In this document: in pieces, positions 9,672 through 19,672 of the stretch
How positions within the stretch are numbered: the first letter of the stretch is position 1
How the letters are laid out: every line of letters starts with the position of its first letter
Source: a cyanobacterium endosymbiont of Epithemia turgida isolate EtSB Lake Yunoko
Lineage (GTDB): Bacteria > Cyanobacteriota > Cyanobacteriia > Cyanobacteriales > Microcystaceae
Length of the DNA stretch: 32,000 bases
Direction of reading: 5' to 3'
Assembly: GCF_000829235.1 (NCBI RefSeq)
Contig: NZ_AP012549.1
Coordinates: 540,001-572,000 of the forward strand
Translations under genes and position numbers: made by a program
The notes under the pieces: generated by a model
What the model saw: the letters and a program-made list of their open reading frames with translations, nothing else
What the model was told of the DNA's origin: nothing
The model's database searches: none

Positions 9672-9838
9672 AATATATTTCCCTTAAGAAATAAAAATTT
9701 CTCAGGTTGAGCTTTAGTAGTTATATCATAATCTATGAGTCACCCTATGTTAGTTGACAAACAGTATGGTGTAATGGAATGGTAGATCTCTTGTGATTTC
9801 CTACCCCGTTATTTTAGTGAAACACTGACACACTTTGC

Positions 9839-10522
9839 ATGGAGACTCAATCAATTAGCGAGCTGTTTCCTCTGTTCCATACAGCTAATTCAGAGACATT
9901 AGAATGGTTTTTATCAGTTGTAGACCAAGAGGACTATCCTCCTGATACTAAAGTTGTGAGGGAGGATGATTGGGGAAAAGCGGTTTACTTTGTCGTTTCT
10001 GGTTGGGTTAAAGTTCGTTCCCATTACCAAGGTTCCGAAATAACTCTAGAAATTCTTAGTCGAGGAGATTTTTTTGGAGAAATGGAGGTTCTTGAGGAAT
10101 CCTTGAGGTCAATTGAGGTTATATCTTTATCTGAGTTACAATTATTGAGTATTTCGGCTCAACGCTTCTTACAAATACTATTCAAAGATCCTCAATTACA
10201 TCATCGAATGTTACAGCTACAAGTCCGGCGGGTTCGTCAATTTTATCGCCGTCTTCAATTGCGCCAACAGTCTCCTAAAGTTAGGTTAGCTAAAACTTTA
10301 ATTAAATTAGCAGAAACCTACGGTAAGTCTACTGAGAAAGGAACAGAAATTTGGGATTTTCCTGAGCAAGATTTAGCGGACATCGCTGATGTTTCTTTAG
10401 AAGAATTACAGTCAGCGATAACCCAATTGCAAAGTCAAGGCTGTCTAGAAATAGACCTAGTTAATCATAATTTATATTTAAGTAATATTAAGCAAATTCA
10501 CCATTTTTCTCAACAGCTTTAA
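9839..10522 (+). CDS. Crp/Fnr-family transcriptional regulator (cNMP-binding domain plus HTH)
   Basis: 227 aa. The N-terminal beta-roll has GDFFGEMEVLEESLRS. A C-terminal helix-turn-helix region follows (EQDLADIADVSLEELQSAITQLQSQG). It is not NtcA by sequence recall. Confidence 0.8.
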   Translation: METQSISELFPLFHTANSETLEWFLSVVDQEDYPPDTKVVREDDWGKAVYFVVSGWVKVRSHYQGSEITLEILSRGDFFGEMEVLEESLRSIEVISLSELQLLSISAQRFLQILFKDPQLHHRMLQLQVRRVRQFYRRLQLRQQSPKVRLAKTLIKLAETYGKSTEKGTEIWDFPEQDLADIADVSLEELQSAITQLQSQGCLEIDLVNHNLYLSNIKQIHHFSQQL

Positions 10523-10524
10523 GC

Positions 10525-12303
10525 ATGACTAGAGCAACAAAAATCGATATATCAGATATTTTAAAAACTTCTCCGACTATTGCCTACACTGTAGCCATGC
10601 CTCAACCCAATTCCCATGTTTTTGAGGTAAAGTTGCAAGTTAGCCAATGGCAAGAATCTATCCTAGAATTAGGAATGCCTTTGTGGACTCCCGGTTCATA
10701 TTTAGTCCGGGAATACGCTAGACATATTCAGTCTTTTTCTGCATCTTCTAGTCAAAATAAAATAAAATTACCAAGTCAGAAAATTAGTAAAAACCATTGG
10801 ATAATTGAAACTGGCAATATTAACGATATTACGATAGACTATCAGGTTTATGCCAATGAGCTAACCGTCAGGACAAATCATTTAGATGGAACTCATGGCT
10901 ATTTTAATGGAGCTGCTTTATTCTATTTTATTCCAGGGTTAGAAAAACAATCCATTACTGTGCAAATAATTCCTCCAACTGCTCAATGGAAAGTTAGCAC
11001 AACCCTGCCTGAAATTAATGGAAAAACTAATTTATTTCAAGCAAATGATTATGATACCTTAGTGGATAGTCCCTTTGAAATTGGCACCCACAACATTTAT
11101 ACTTTTGAAGTATTAAGAAAATCTCATCAATTAGTCATTTGGGGGCATGGCAATATTCGACCTATTCCCCTTATTAGGGATATAAAAAAAATCATTGAAG
11201 TAGAAGCTAAATTATATGGAGAACTTCCGTATAACTACTATATATTTATCCTACATCTATCGGATAGCGACTCCGGTGGATTAGAACATAAAAACTCATG
11301 TTCTCTAATTTATCCTCGTTTTAGTTTTCGAGCTAAAGATAAATATAATCATTTTATTCAGTTAGTCGCTCATGAATTTTTCCATCTGTGGAATGTTAAA
11401 CGCATTCGACCAAAAGCTCTAGAGACTTTTGATTATGACCGAGAAAGTTACACTAAATCTCTTTGGTTTTTAGAAGGGACGACTAGCTATTATGATATGA
11501 TAATGCCCCTAAGAGCAGGAATTTACAATACCGCTAATTTTCTTAAAATTCTAAGCAAGGATATCACCCGATATCTAAACACGCCAGGGCGTAAAATTCA
11601 CCCCTTAAGTGAATCAAGTTTTGATGCCTGGATTAAATTATATCGCAGCGATGCTCATAGTGATAATGTCCAGATTTCCTATTATTTAAAAGGGGAATTA
11701 GTCTCATTACTTCTAGATTTATTAATTCGAGCACGTCATAATAATCAGCGATCACTCGATAATGTTATGAGTAAGATGTGGCAAAAATTTGGGAAACCAG
11801 AAATTGGTTTTACCTCCCAACAACTACAAAATGTGATTGAATCAGTGGCCGGAATTCAGTTACAAAACTTCTTTGGACGTTATCTTGATGCAACTGAAGA
11901 TTTACCTTTTGATGACTATCTAGAACCCTTTGGATTAAAGCTAAAACCAATTCTAGACTCTGAAACTATTCCCTTTCTGGGAATACGTATTCAATCAGAA
12001 AATAGCAAAGAAATTATTAAGTTTGTTGAAGCCGGATCACCGGCTGAGATGGGAGGAATCGACGTAAACGACGAGTTATTGAGCATTGATGGATTTCGCG
12101 TTAATTCAAACCAATTAAACAATCGTCTAAAAGACTACCAAAGCGGTGATATCATTTCAATTACGGTCTTTCATCAGGATCAACTGAAAACTGTCCGTGT
12201 CACTTTAGTAGATTCGCAACCCAGTCGCTATGAGGTGATTCGTATCAATCATCCATCCAGTAGCCAAAAGCAAAATTTGATGGATTGGTTAGGGAAAAAA
12301 TAA
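10525..12303 (+). CDS. M61-family glycyl aminopeptidase with C-terminal PDZ domain
   Basis: 592 aa with the zinc motif HEFFHLWN (HExxH). The C-terminal PDZ-like segment is GIRIQSENSKEIIKFVEAGSPAEMGGIDVNDELLSIDGFRV. The start ATG is 2 nt after the crp-family stop. Confidence 0.85.
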   Translation: MTRATKIDISDILKTSPTIAYTVAMPQPNSHVFEVKLQVSQWQESILELGMPLWTPGSYLVREYARHIQSFSASSSQNKIKLPSQKISKNHWIIETGNINDITIDYQVYANELTVRTNHLDGTHGYFNGAALFYFIPGLEKQSITVQIIPPTAQWKVSTTLPEINGKTNLFQANDYDTLVDSPFEIGTHNIYTFEVLRKSHQLVIWGHGNIRPIPLIRDIKKIIEVEAKLYGELPYNYYIFILHLSDSDSGGLEHKNSCSLIYPRFSFRAKDKYNHFIQLVAHEFFHLWNVKRIRPKALETFDYDRESYTKSLWFLEGTTSYYDMIMPLRAGIYNTANFLKILSKDITRYLNTPGRKIHPLSESSFDAWIKLYRSDAHSDNVQISYYLKGELVSLLLDLLIRARHNNQRSLDNVMSKMWQKFGKPEIGFTSQQLQNVIESVAGIQLQNFFGRYLDATEDLPFDDYLEPFGLKLKPILDSETIPFLGIRIQSENSKEIIKFVEAGSPAEMGGIDVNDELLSIDGFRVNSNQLNNRLKDYQSGDIISITVFHQDQLKTVRVTLVDSQPSRYEVIRINHPSSSQKQNLMDWLGKK

Positions 12304-12471
12304 GGGAATTGTTTTCGATTTTAGATAGAAATACTTTTTCTCTAATATTTTCAATCGGCAAACTATAACCTAATACCTAGAAAAATGGCTGATTTGTACC
12401 TGTAATTAGGATACATCTTGAGTAATAAAAATATCTAGGGTATTAGATTCAATTAAGTCATAGAACTAGTG

Positions 12472-13383
12472 ATGCATCAATTTCTTCCTATTGCTTACTT
12501 TCAAAATCAATTTATTCCGTTCGAAAATGCGAACATTTCCATTGCTACTCACGGGCTACATTACGGAACAGCAGCTTTCGGAGGAATGAGAGGAATTCCT
12601 GATCCCGAAAATTCTTCACAAGTCTTGTTATTTCGTTTAGATCGTCACTGTCAGCGTTTAAGTCAAAGTGCAAAATTTTTAAACTATGAATTACCAGCAC
12701 GAAAAATTGAACAGATTATTATTGACTTTGTGAGAAAAAATAAGCCATCAACTTCTTTTTATATTAGACCCTTAGTCTATACTTCAGGATTGGGAATTGC
12801 TCCCAGACTTCACAAAATTGAGAAAGATTTTTTTGTTTATGGTTTAGAAATGGGCGATTATTTATCCTCAGATGGAATCAGTTGTCGTATTAGTTCTTGG
12901 TATCGTCAAGAGGATCGTAGTTTTCCCCTACGAGGTAAGATTAGTGCTGCTTATATTACCTCAGCTTTAGCCAAAACAGAAGCAGTAGAATCAGGTTTCG
13001 ATGAAGCTATTTTAATAAACTCTCAAGGTAAAGTTTGTGAAGCAACAGGAATGAATATTTTTTGTGTAAGAAATGGTAAATTAATTACTCCTGGACTCGA
13101 CCAAGATGTATTAGAAGGAATCACCAGAGATAGTGTTTTAAACATAGCTGAAAGCCTAGGAATCGAAACTATTGAAAGACCTGTTGATAAATCAGAATTG
13201 TTTATTGCTGATGAAGTATTTTTATGTGGAACTGCCGCGAAAATTATTCCTGTAAAACAAATTGAGACCTTTAAGTTATCAGAAGAACGTCCCATTATGG
13301 AAAAATTGCGCAATAAATTATTTGCAATTACAGAAAATAAGGACCTAGAGTATAAAGACTGGGTATATTCTGTTACTATTTAA
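12472..13383 (+). CDS. ilvE: Branched-chain amino acid aminotransferase (class IV)
   Basis: The track ORF starts at the GTG at 12469; the ATG at 12472 is preferred. Class IV aminotransferase blocks are present: GKVCEATGMNIFCVRNGKLITPGLDQDVLEGITRDSV and CGTAAKIIPV. Length about 303 aa. Confidence 0.88.
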   Translation: MHQFLPIAYFQNQFIPFENANISIATHGLHYGTAAFGGMRGIPDPENSSQVLLFRLDRHCQRLSQSAKFLNYELPARKIEQIIIDFVRKNKPSTSFYIRPLVYTSGLGIAPRLHKIEKDFFVYGLEMGDYLSSDGISCRISSWYRQEDRSFPLRGKISAAYITSALAKTEAVESGFDEAILINSQGKVCEATGMNIFCVRNGKLITPGLDQDVLEGITRDSVLNIAESLGIETIERPVDKSELFIADEVFLCGTAAKIIPVKQIETFKLSEERPIMEKLRNKLFAITENKDLEYKDWVYSVTI

Positions 13384-13889
13384 AATTTTTTAAATAATAG
13401 AAGAAGCAGATTGTTGGTAAAATTATTTCTGGCAAAAAGGTACTATTTTTATTCAAGAAAAAGTGAGGGTATGATATTGAAGACTAAGAAAATATTGCTC
13501 GATAACTTTTTAAAACCCTCTATTAATAAAAATTGTAGTTAATCATTTATCTTCAACAGAAGACAAAGTAAAAGTTAGTAAAACTGACTGATAAAATTTT
13601 GCTTCATAATCGTATTTCTATTAATACAATTGACGACTCTTAAACATTCTAGACATTGGAGTGTTTAAAAATATTTTGCCAATTCTTTTTCTTGGCTGAT
13701 TACTTAAAAACTTTCTCTCAAACTTAAGGTCAAGAGGCAAGCTGGTATTGTTTTCTGTGCCGTCATGACTGTTATCTTTTAAAATTATAGATAATTATCA
13801 ATTTTGTCGTATTTTGACTTAGATATTGACAACAACAGTGTTTTTAAGTCTCCTAGAACTTACATGTCTTGACTTAAAAGCTTGTTCAG

Positions 13890-15407
13890 CTATCTATATT
13901 CTTTCTGAGAAAAAGGGTGTAAATCATGGTTATTAGGATCTTGACTCAAAGGAAGGAAAATGGTAAACACCTGTTTATATTGTGATCGTTGACGCACAAT
14001 TAACTTACCTCCTAGGACATGAAAGATATGTTTTGTTACATCTAAATTGAGACTTAACCCTCCAGTATTGGGATGAAACATCAATACCTGTCCCAAAGCC
14101 TCTAAGGGGTTATTAAGGGAGGAAGATTCTGTGCGAAATTGTAATTTTAGTTGATGGCCTGCAGTGGCAACTTGAACGCTGATACTTCCACCTTCAGAGA
14201 AGCTACGGGTAAACTTTTCGATCAAACCCATTAACACCTGATTAAGTATCGTCGGATCACTGAATACTTGGGGCAATTTTTTAGGAACCACTATATCAAG
14301 AATAACATTGCGTCGTTGAGCTTGTTTTTTCCAACAAGGAATACTTTCATTTAGGACATTTTCTAACGACGTATACACCAGTCTAATTGATTTCTGCTTT
14401 TTGGAAGTGATTCTAAGTTCGGTAGCCTTCAAAATCAACTCCATACGATTAATTTGTTCCGTACATTCTTGATCAATTCCTTCGAGCAATTTAGTCATTT
14501 TGGGAGTTAATTCTTTGTTGCGTAACAATAACCGTGTCATAGTGTGAATAGTGGTTAAAGGTGTGCGGATTTCATGGGTTAATGCTTGAAGTATGGCTAT
14601 GTCTGGGGCATTATTGAAAAGTTCTAAGGACGATTTTTCTTTATCTTTAGATTTCCAATGAATTAAGCGACGCTGTCCTGGATGGACAACAGAAATTTCA
14701 GGTAAATGGTATAGTAATAATCGACTAAATTGTGTAACTAAGCGATAGTCAGGGTTGGGAGGGTAAAAATCTTGAACTAAAGCATCAAACTGAGATAATT
14801 GTGGATAATTAGCGGCAAATAGTCGAGATCTTAAAGCCAGCCACCCTTGGTTGATCACTTCTGGTTCAAAGGAAAAATGAAAAGCAGGAAGTTTTTGAGA
14901 ATCTTCTCCTAAAACCGCAATTAGTCCGAAATAGGGAGTCAACACTAAGTAGAATTGTTCAGTAGCGATAGGATCTTTAGGAAACAAAGGAAGTTCGCTC
15001 ACCGTTGCTATAGTGCATGACTCAGTCTCACGAGCAGCCGGAAGTTGAGCTTGGATCGAGGTCAACTTCTGTCCTGTTTGGGGTGTAAATACTCCTGTTT
15101 TAAATTGACAATTGAGGGACTGATGGGAAAAGATTGTGGTAGGAGCTGATAAAATTAATCCTCGATAAGTAATATCGTATGTCCCTGTATCGTTAACTTG
15201 AGACAGTAAGATTTCTTCTAAAGTAGCAATAGCTCCAAACCATTGTCTTTGGGCTTTTGAGTTAGCTCGGTTAATTTTGTCTGGGGTATGATCAATGTCT
15301 TTGACAATCGCTGATACAGATGGCGATAGACAAGTATCAACCGCCATGGCTTCGTAACGATTGATAATGTCACTTAATTTCATCAATAATCCCTTAGACA
15401 CAACCAT
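13890..15407 (-). CDS. Soluble sensor histidine kinase-like protein (intact H-box, degenerate ATP-binding domain)
   Basis: 505 aa. The H-box LTHEIRTPLTTI has its His codon at 14574-14576. No obvious TM helices. The C-terminal region aligns by eye to HATPase_c but lacks the N-box Asn and the G1 DxGxG (see findings). An alternative start exists at M9 (15383). Confidence 0.8.
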   Translation of the reverse strand: MVVSKGLLMKLSDIINRYEAMAVDTCLSPSVSAIVKDIDHTPDKINRANSKAQRQWFGAIATLEEILLSQVNDTGTYDITYRGLILSAPTTIFSHQSLNCQFKTGVFTPQTGQKLTSIQAQLPAARETESCTIATVSELPLFPKDPIATEQFYLVLTPYFGLIAVLGEDSQKLPAFHFSFEPEVINQGWLALRSRLFAANYPQLSQFDALVQDFYPPNPDYRLVTQFSRLLLYHLPEISVVHPGQRRLIHWKSKDKEKSSLELFNNAPDIAILQALTHEIRTPLTTIHTMTRLLLRNKELTPKMTKLLEGIDQECTEQINRMELILKATELRITSKKQKSIRLVYTSLENVLNESIPCWKKQAQRRNVILDIVVPKKLPQVFSDPTILNQVLMGLIEKFTRSFSEGGSISVQVATAGHQLKLQFRTESSSLNNPLEALGQVLMFHPNTGGLSLNLDVTKHIFHVLGGKLIVRQRSQYKQVFTIFLPLSQDPNNHDLHPFSQKEYR

Positions 15408-16156
15408 TTACTTTCCTAAATATTAACATCAGTATAGTTTACTTTTTGTCTTCACAAGGATAATTGTGTTTAGGAGTTAAATGTAGTAGTAGAACCGAAC
15501 CAATCAGTCGCAATCTCCGATATATGTGTAGAACTTTAAAGCTCTTAGATTATTGTTTGGACTTTAATTTTTATGAAATTTTTTAAGTCAAAAAGTTACA
15601 TAAACTTTAATACAGACTGCTTTTGAGTCATTGTTTAGTAAATTTTAAGTATAGACAATAAATAAGTCTCAATCGTATCAGGAGAGTATTATGAGGTTGA
15701 AAATTTACTAATCATTTAATATTTACTGAATTAAATGACCAAAAGCTACGCCAAAGCTAATCTATGCACCTATCTCTAACAGAGTAAGTGATTGAATAAT
15801 TGATCTAGAAAAATTATCTATCTAAAAGTTTACCTAATTATTTCTGAGTAAAAAAATTGTTATATTGGCTTCTTCGATACTTTTTATAATGCTTGCTCTT
15901 CTAAATTATGTTAGCTATATTTTTAGGCAGGCTGTCATCTAAATCTAGACAAGTTAATAAAAAAATAATTTGATATTATCTAATTATCAACAATAAATCA
16001 TTGATTTATTTTAACTTTAATATTTATTTTTAAATATCCTAACGTTACTTGACGTTGTATCAGCATTACATGGTAGTTACTAGTTAATCTTTAGTAGCTT
16101 TCGTTGAACTCAAGATATTTTTACTAGAAGGTTTATCTTCAGCTAAAATGGCACTC

Positions 16157-16192
16157 CCCTTAGGGATAAGGGTTTAATCAGATTAAGCCCTT
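16157..16192 (-). terminator. Two overlapping hairpins downstream of the ferritin-like gene (weak terminator candidate)
   Basis: ccctta-ggga-taaggg (16157-16172) overlaps aagggtttaat-cag-attaagccctt (16168-16192). The second has 11 pairs on the plus strand with one G.U, which becomes a C.A mismatch on the minus strand. They lie about 33 nt beyond the stop. No clean U tract follows on the minus strand. Confidence 0.25.
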
Positions 16193-16224
16193 TACTAATT
16201 TTTTCTATCAACTAGACGTTAAAA

Positions 16225-16659
16225 TCAGACGTAATCCCGTAACATTTTCTTTAGTTCAATATTATGAATTTCTTCTTGTCCAATCATCCCGCGAGCGAAC
16301 TCTTCAATATAGATACTCCCATTCTCTACAACTTCTAACAATTCCTTGTACAAATTTAAGGCTTTCTTCTCATGATTAAGGCTTTCCGTTAAAATTGCGT
16401 GTAAGTTATGTTCATTAGTTTCCTCCATAGGAGCAATTGATAAACTAGGATGTCCCTCTAATCCAGTTAAAATCTCTCCAACTTGTTGAGCGTGAAGAAG
16501 AGATTCAGTGGCCTGTTGTTGAAAAAACTGCACTATGGGAATACGATGAGGTCCTGTGACCATTAAACTATAGTGAGTGTAGCGAACGACCCCGGCTAGT
16601 TCATACTCCATAATTGAGTTTAGGAGTTTAGTAGTTTTTTCGCAATCAAGTTCTCGCAT
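16225..16659 (-). CDS. Ferritin-like / bacterioferritin-family (Dps/Bfr superfamily) protein
   Basis: 144 aa, predicted four-helix protein with ferritin-like ligand spacing (EYELAG.., ATESLLHAQ ExxH, LNHEKKAL, GQEEIHNIE). Confidence 0.75.
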   Translation of the reverse strand: MRELDCEKTTKLLNSIMEYELAGVVRYTHYSLMVTGPHRIPIVQFFQQQATESLLHAQQVGEILTGLEGHPSLSIAPMEETNEHNLHAILTESLNHEKKALNLYKELLEVVENGSIYIEEFARGMIGQEEIHNIELKKMLRDYV

Positions 16660-17478
16660 TTTAGTACCTAAGACAAAGGAGAGTTCTATGCCAATAGAAA
16701 CACTTTTGATAGTAGTCTGTCAAGATAAATTGAAGTAGTTGTCAGGAGACGATCATTAATTTAAAAATTAGCTTTTATTTCTTGGATATTCGTTTAACTT
16801 TAAACTAGATTAATTATAATCACTTGGGTTAAAAATATTTTTAAGTTACTTTATTTACGGAAACTTCGTGCTTATCTCTATTTATTATAAGTTTAGTCAG
16901 TCAGTTAATCGCAAGTAAACTGTTTACTTTTTATAAAAAAGATAAGAAAAATTACTAGTAAGAGAAGCTTTTAATTAATATAAATATTAGTTAAATAAAA
17001 AAAATATTCAACGTAAATTCTATTTTAGATTTTAAATATTTATAGCTATTAATAATAATTACTGAAAAAATAAGTGTTATATAAAAATAATTTATTTTTT
17101 AAATCTCTTCTTATGATTTTACTAATTAATTTGGCTAACATAACAATTGGTTTTAAAATTTTAAAAATTTACCTTGTGTTTAAACTATTATTCACTTTTG
17201 TTTAATCTATTTATTTTTTTAAAATCTAACTATTAATGACAAGTTACCAAAAATTATAATAAAACTCATATGTATATTTTTACTCGACTCTGCTGTAGTA
17301 TTAACGGAATATTTTATTAAGTCTATTAATCTAAATCTGTCACATCAAAAAATGTTATTTTTACTGTCAATAAAGTACATTTTCAACAAACAACTAATTT
17401 TTATGTTTTTTTGTAGAAATTTTTTAAACTTTACTTGAATTAAATTAAAAGTCTACCTGCTTCGACTTTATAAATCTA

Positions 17479-17528
17479 TGATTAAATCAGTAAACAATAT
17501 GATTAAATGATAGATTTTTTGATTAAAT
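17479..17528 (+). repeat. Three exact direct copies of TGATTAAAT spaced 21 and 20 bp apart
   Basis: Copies lie at 17479-17487, 17500-17508 and 17520-17528. The sequence between copies is not conserved. Degenerate copies occur at 17446-17455 (tgaattaaat) and 17576-17584 (attaaatca). Confidence 0.85.
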
Positions 17529-18033
17529 TTACTAATATTTTTAAGGATATATTTATGGTAATTTTTTTTAAAAAAATTAAATCATTAAGATAATACTATT
17601 TACTTATGTCTAACTACTTATAAATTTTAAATTTTCAATTAAAAGCTAAATCATACTATATTGTTTTTTCTATTGATTTTAACAATAAATTACTTCGAGA
17701 ATAAAAAATAATAATTACGCTTTTATATAAACCACTAAAAAGAGAAAAAATATAGTTCCAATGATTTTATCAATAAAGCTATTGCAATTATGAGCTTGTT
17801 TACGACGATTTAAATATCATAAATTTATATTTAAAAAAGCAAACTAGATTAGTTCCGACGATTAAGATAAAAAAATATTTAAAATGCCATGTTTCATTTA
17901 TAATGAATTGAAACCATTTAAATTAATCTGAAAATATGATGAAACTGAACTTCATTGAGAACAAGTAATTTTTTTATAAAAAATTAGTGTTTATATTGTT
18001 AAATTGCAATTTAAGTATTTGGTTATTAACCTT

Positions 18034-19320
18034 ATGACAATTCATCCTCAAAACATCATTGATCTAGCCCTAAAATATGATGTGTCAGAAGTAGAGGTTT
18101 ATCAGTTAAGTTCCTTATCTCATCCAGTTTTTTTTGAAGCTAACCGTCTTAAACAACTGCAAAGTAAACAGTCCGAAGGAACTGCACTACGTTTATGGAA
18201 ACAAGGACGCCCAGGATTAGCAGTGGCCTACGGTTCTATTGATTCTCAGGAATTAGTAGAAAAAGCAATTGCTCTGTCTCAATTAAATCCTCCTCAAACT
18301 ATTGAGTTGAGTGAACCCCGTATCGCTATTTATCCTAATATTGGATCTTCCATCCCGGTTGAAACCCTAATTTCAATGGGAAAAATCGCGATTAATCAAC
18401 TTCGGGATACTTACCCTGATGCTATTTGTAACGGTGAATTCAGTTGTGAACAACATAAGACTTTATTAATAAATTCTCAAGGACTCCATTGTCAATATCA
18501 AGAAACATCTATCAGCTATTATTTAGGATTGGAATGGGTAAGGGGAGAAAATTTTCTAGGCATTTATGACGGTGAATTAACCAGAAATCAACTGAATCCA
18601 GATAAAGTCATTAAATGGATTTTACAAAGGTTAAAATGGGCCAACAAAAATGTAAGTTCCCCCACAGGAAAAATTCCCATTATGTTTACTCCTGATGCAG
18701 TTACTATATTGTGGGAAACAGTTGCTGATGCAATCAATGGAAAGCGAGTCCTAGAAAATTCTTCTCCTTGGAATAAAAAATTAGGCGAAGTGGTTATGTC
18801 CCCAAAAATTACCTTATTTCAAGATCCAAAGCGCGATCCTTATACCTTCCCCTTTGATGATGAAGGAACTCCTACTCAATTTTTATCCTTAATTGCCCAA
18901 GGACAGTTAAAACAATTTTATAGCGACCATACTATTGCTAGAGAGTTGGGTCAAAATAGTACAGGAAATGGCTTTCGACCAGGGTTAGGGCATTATCCAA
19001 CTCCTAGTTTAGGGAATATGATCATTGAGTCAGGAACTCAGTCTTTTGAAGAATTAATTAGTCAGTTAGATAATGCCTTAATTGTGGATCAAATGTTGGG
19101 AGGTGGGGCAGATATCTCGGGAGAATTTTCTATTAATGTTGACCTAGGATATCGGGTTGAAAAGGGAGAAATTACGGGTCGAGTTAAGGATACTATGGTA
19201 GCTGGAAATATTTATACTGCCCTAAAACAGGTGATAGGATTAGGGAATGATTCTCGATGGAGTGGTTTTTGTTATACTCCATCATTATTAGTAGAGGGGT
19301 TGTCAGTTATCGGTGGATAA
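18034..19320 (+). CDS. pmbA: PmbA/TldE-type member of the TldD/PmbA metalloprotease family
   Basis: The track ORF starts at the TTG at 18004; the ATG at 18034 (MTIHPQNIIDLALKY..) is preferred. The length and conserved C-terminal blocks (GNGFRPG.., GGGADISGEFS, GEITGRVKDTMVAGNIY) fit the family. No HExxxH motif is present, so it is PmbA-type rather than TldD. Confidence 0.82.
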   Translation: MTIHPQNIIDLALKYDVSEVEVYQLSSLSHPVFFEANRLKQLQSKQSEGTALRLWKQGRPGLAVAYGSIDSQELVEKAIALSQLNPPQTIELSEPRIAIYPNIGSSIPVETLISMGKIAINQLRDTYPDAICNGEFSCEQHKTLLINSQGLHCQYQETSISYYLGLEWVRGENFLGIYDGELTRNQLNPDKVIKWILQRLKWANKNVSSPTGKIPIMFTPDAVTILWETVADAINGKRVLENSSPWNKKLGEVVMSPKITLFQDPKRDPYTFPFDDEGTPTQFLSLIAQGQLKQFYSDHTIARELGQNSTGNGFRPGLGHYPTPSLGNMIIESGTQSFEELISQLDNALIVDQMLGGGADISGEFSINVDLGYRVEKGEITGRVKDTMVAGNIYTALKQVIGLGNDSRWSGFCYTPSLLVEGLSVIGG

Positions 19321-19672
19321 ATTTATATTTAAAATTATGCTAAATCTAGCATGTAACATCATTAATGCTATTGAAAGCCTTATTTTTGAATTAATTGTAT
19401 CTCTAAAAGTTTGCGTTTTATCAATAAATTAACCAAGTAATAATTTCTTTAGGTTTGGCTTATTCTTACTATTGCAAAATTTATTAGAGTCATATTTTTA
19501 TATTTTAAATATCTAATAAATATGGCTCTACATAAATAACTCATAGAAAAGTATATTATTACAAATCAAATAAAATAGTAATTAGCTATAGTAACTTTTT
19601 TAAAGTTAGATTTTGTAAATAATATAGAAATTATTAATTATATCGTAGTCAGGTTGTTTGATTTTTTTAAAT

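Noticed and set aside
13023-13313. 96-aa minus-strand ORF
   Set aside because: It is antisense within ilvE. Shadow ORF.
14800-14808. Perfect DnaA-box sequence TGTGGATAA (complement TTATCCACA), plus a one-mismatch box TTATCCACT at 23730-23738
   Set aside because: These are single isolated boxes, one of them inside the kinase coding region. There is no cluster, no adjacent dnaA/dnaN and no A+T-rich unwinding-element logic distinguishable from the generally A+T-rich spacers. This is not enough to call an origin.
17559-17580. Homopolymer-type palindromes such as taa-T8-A7-tta (also 7975-7995, 25105-25123, 25145-25162)
   Set aside because: They are built almost entirely of A runs facing T runs, which is low-complexity symmetry expected in DNA with 80% or more A+T. 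They are not counted with the G/C-compensated palindromes.
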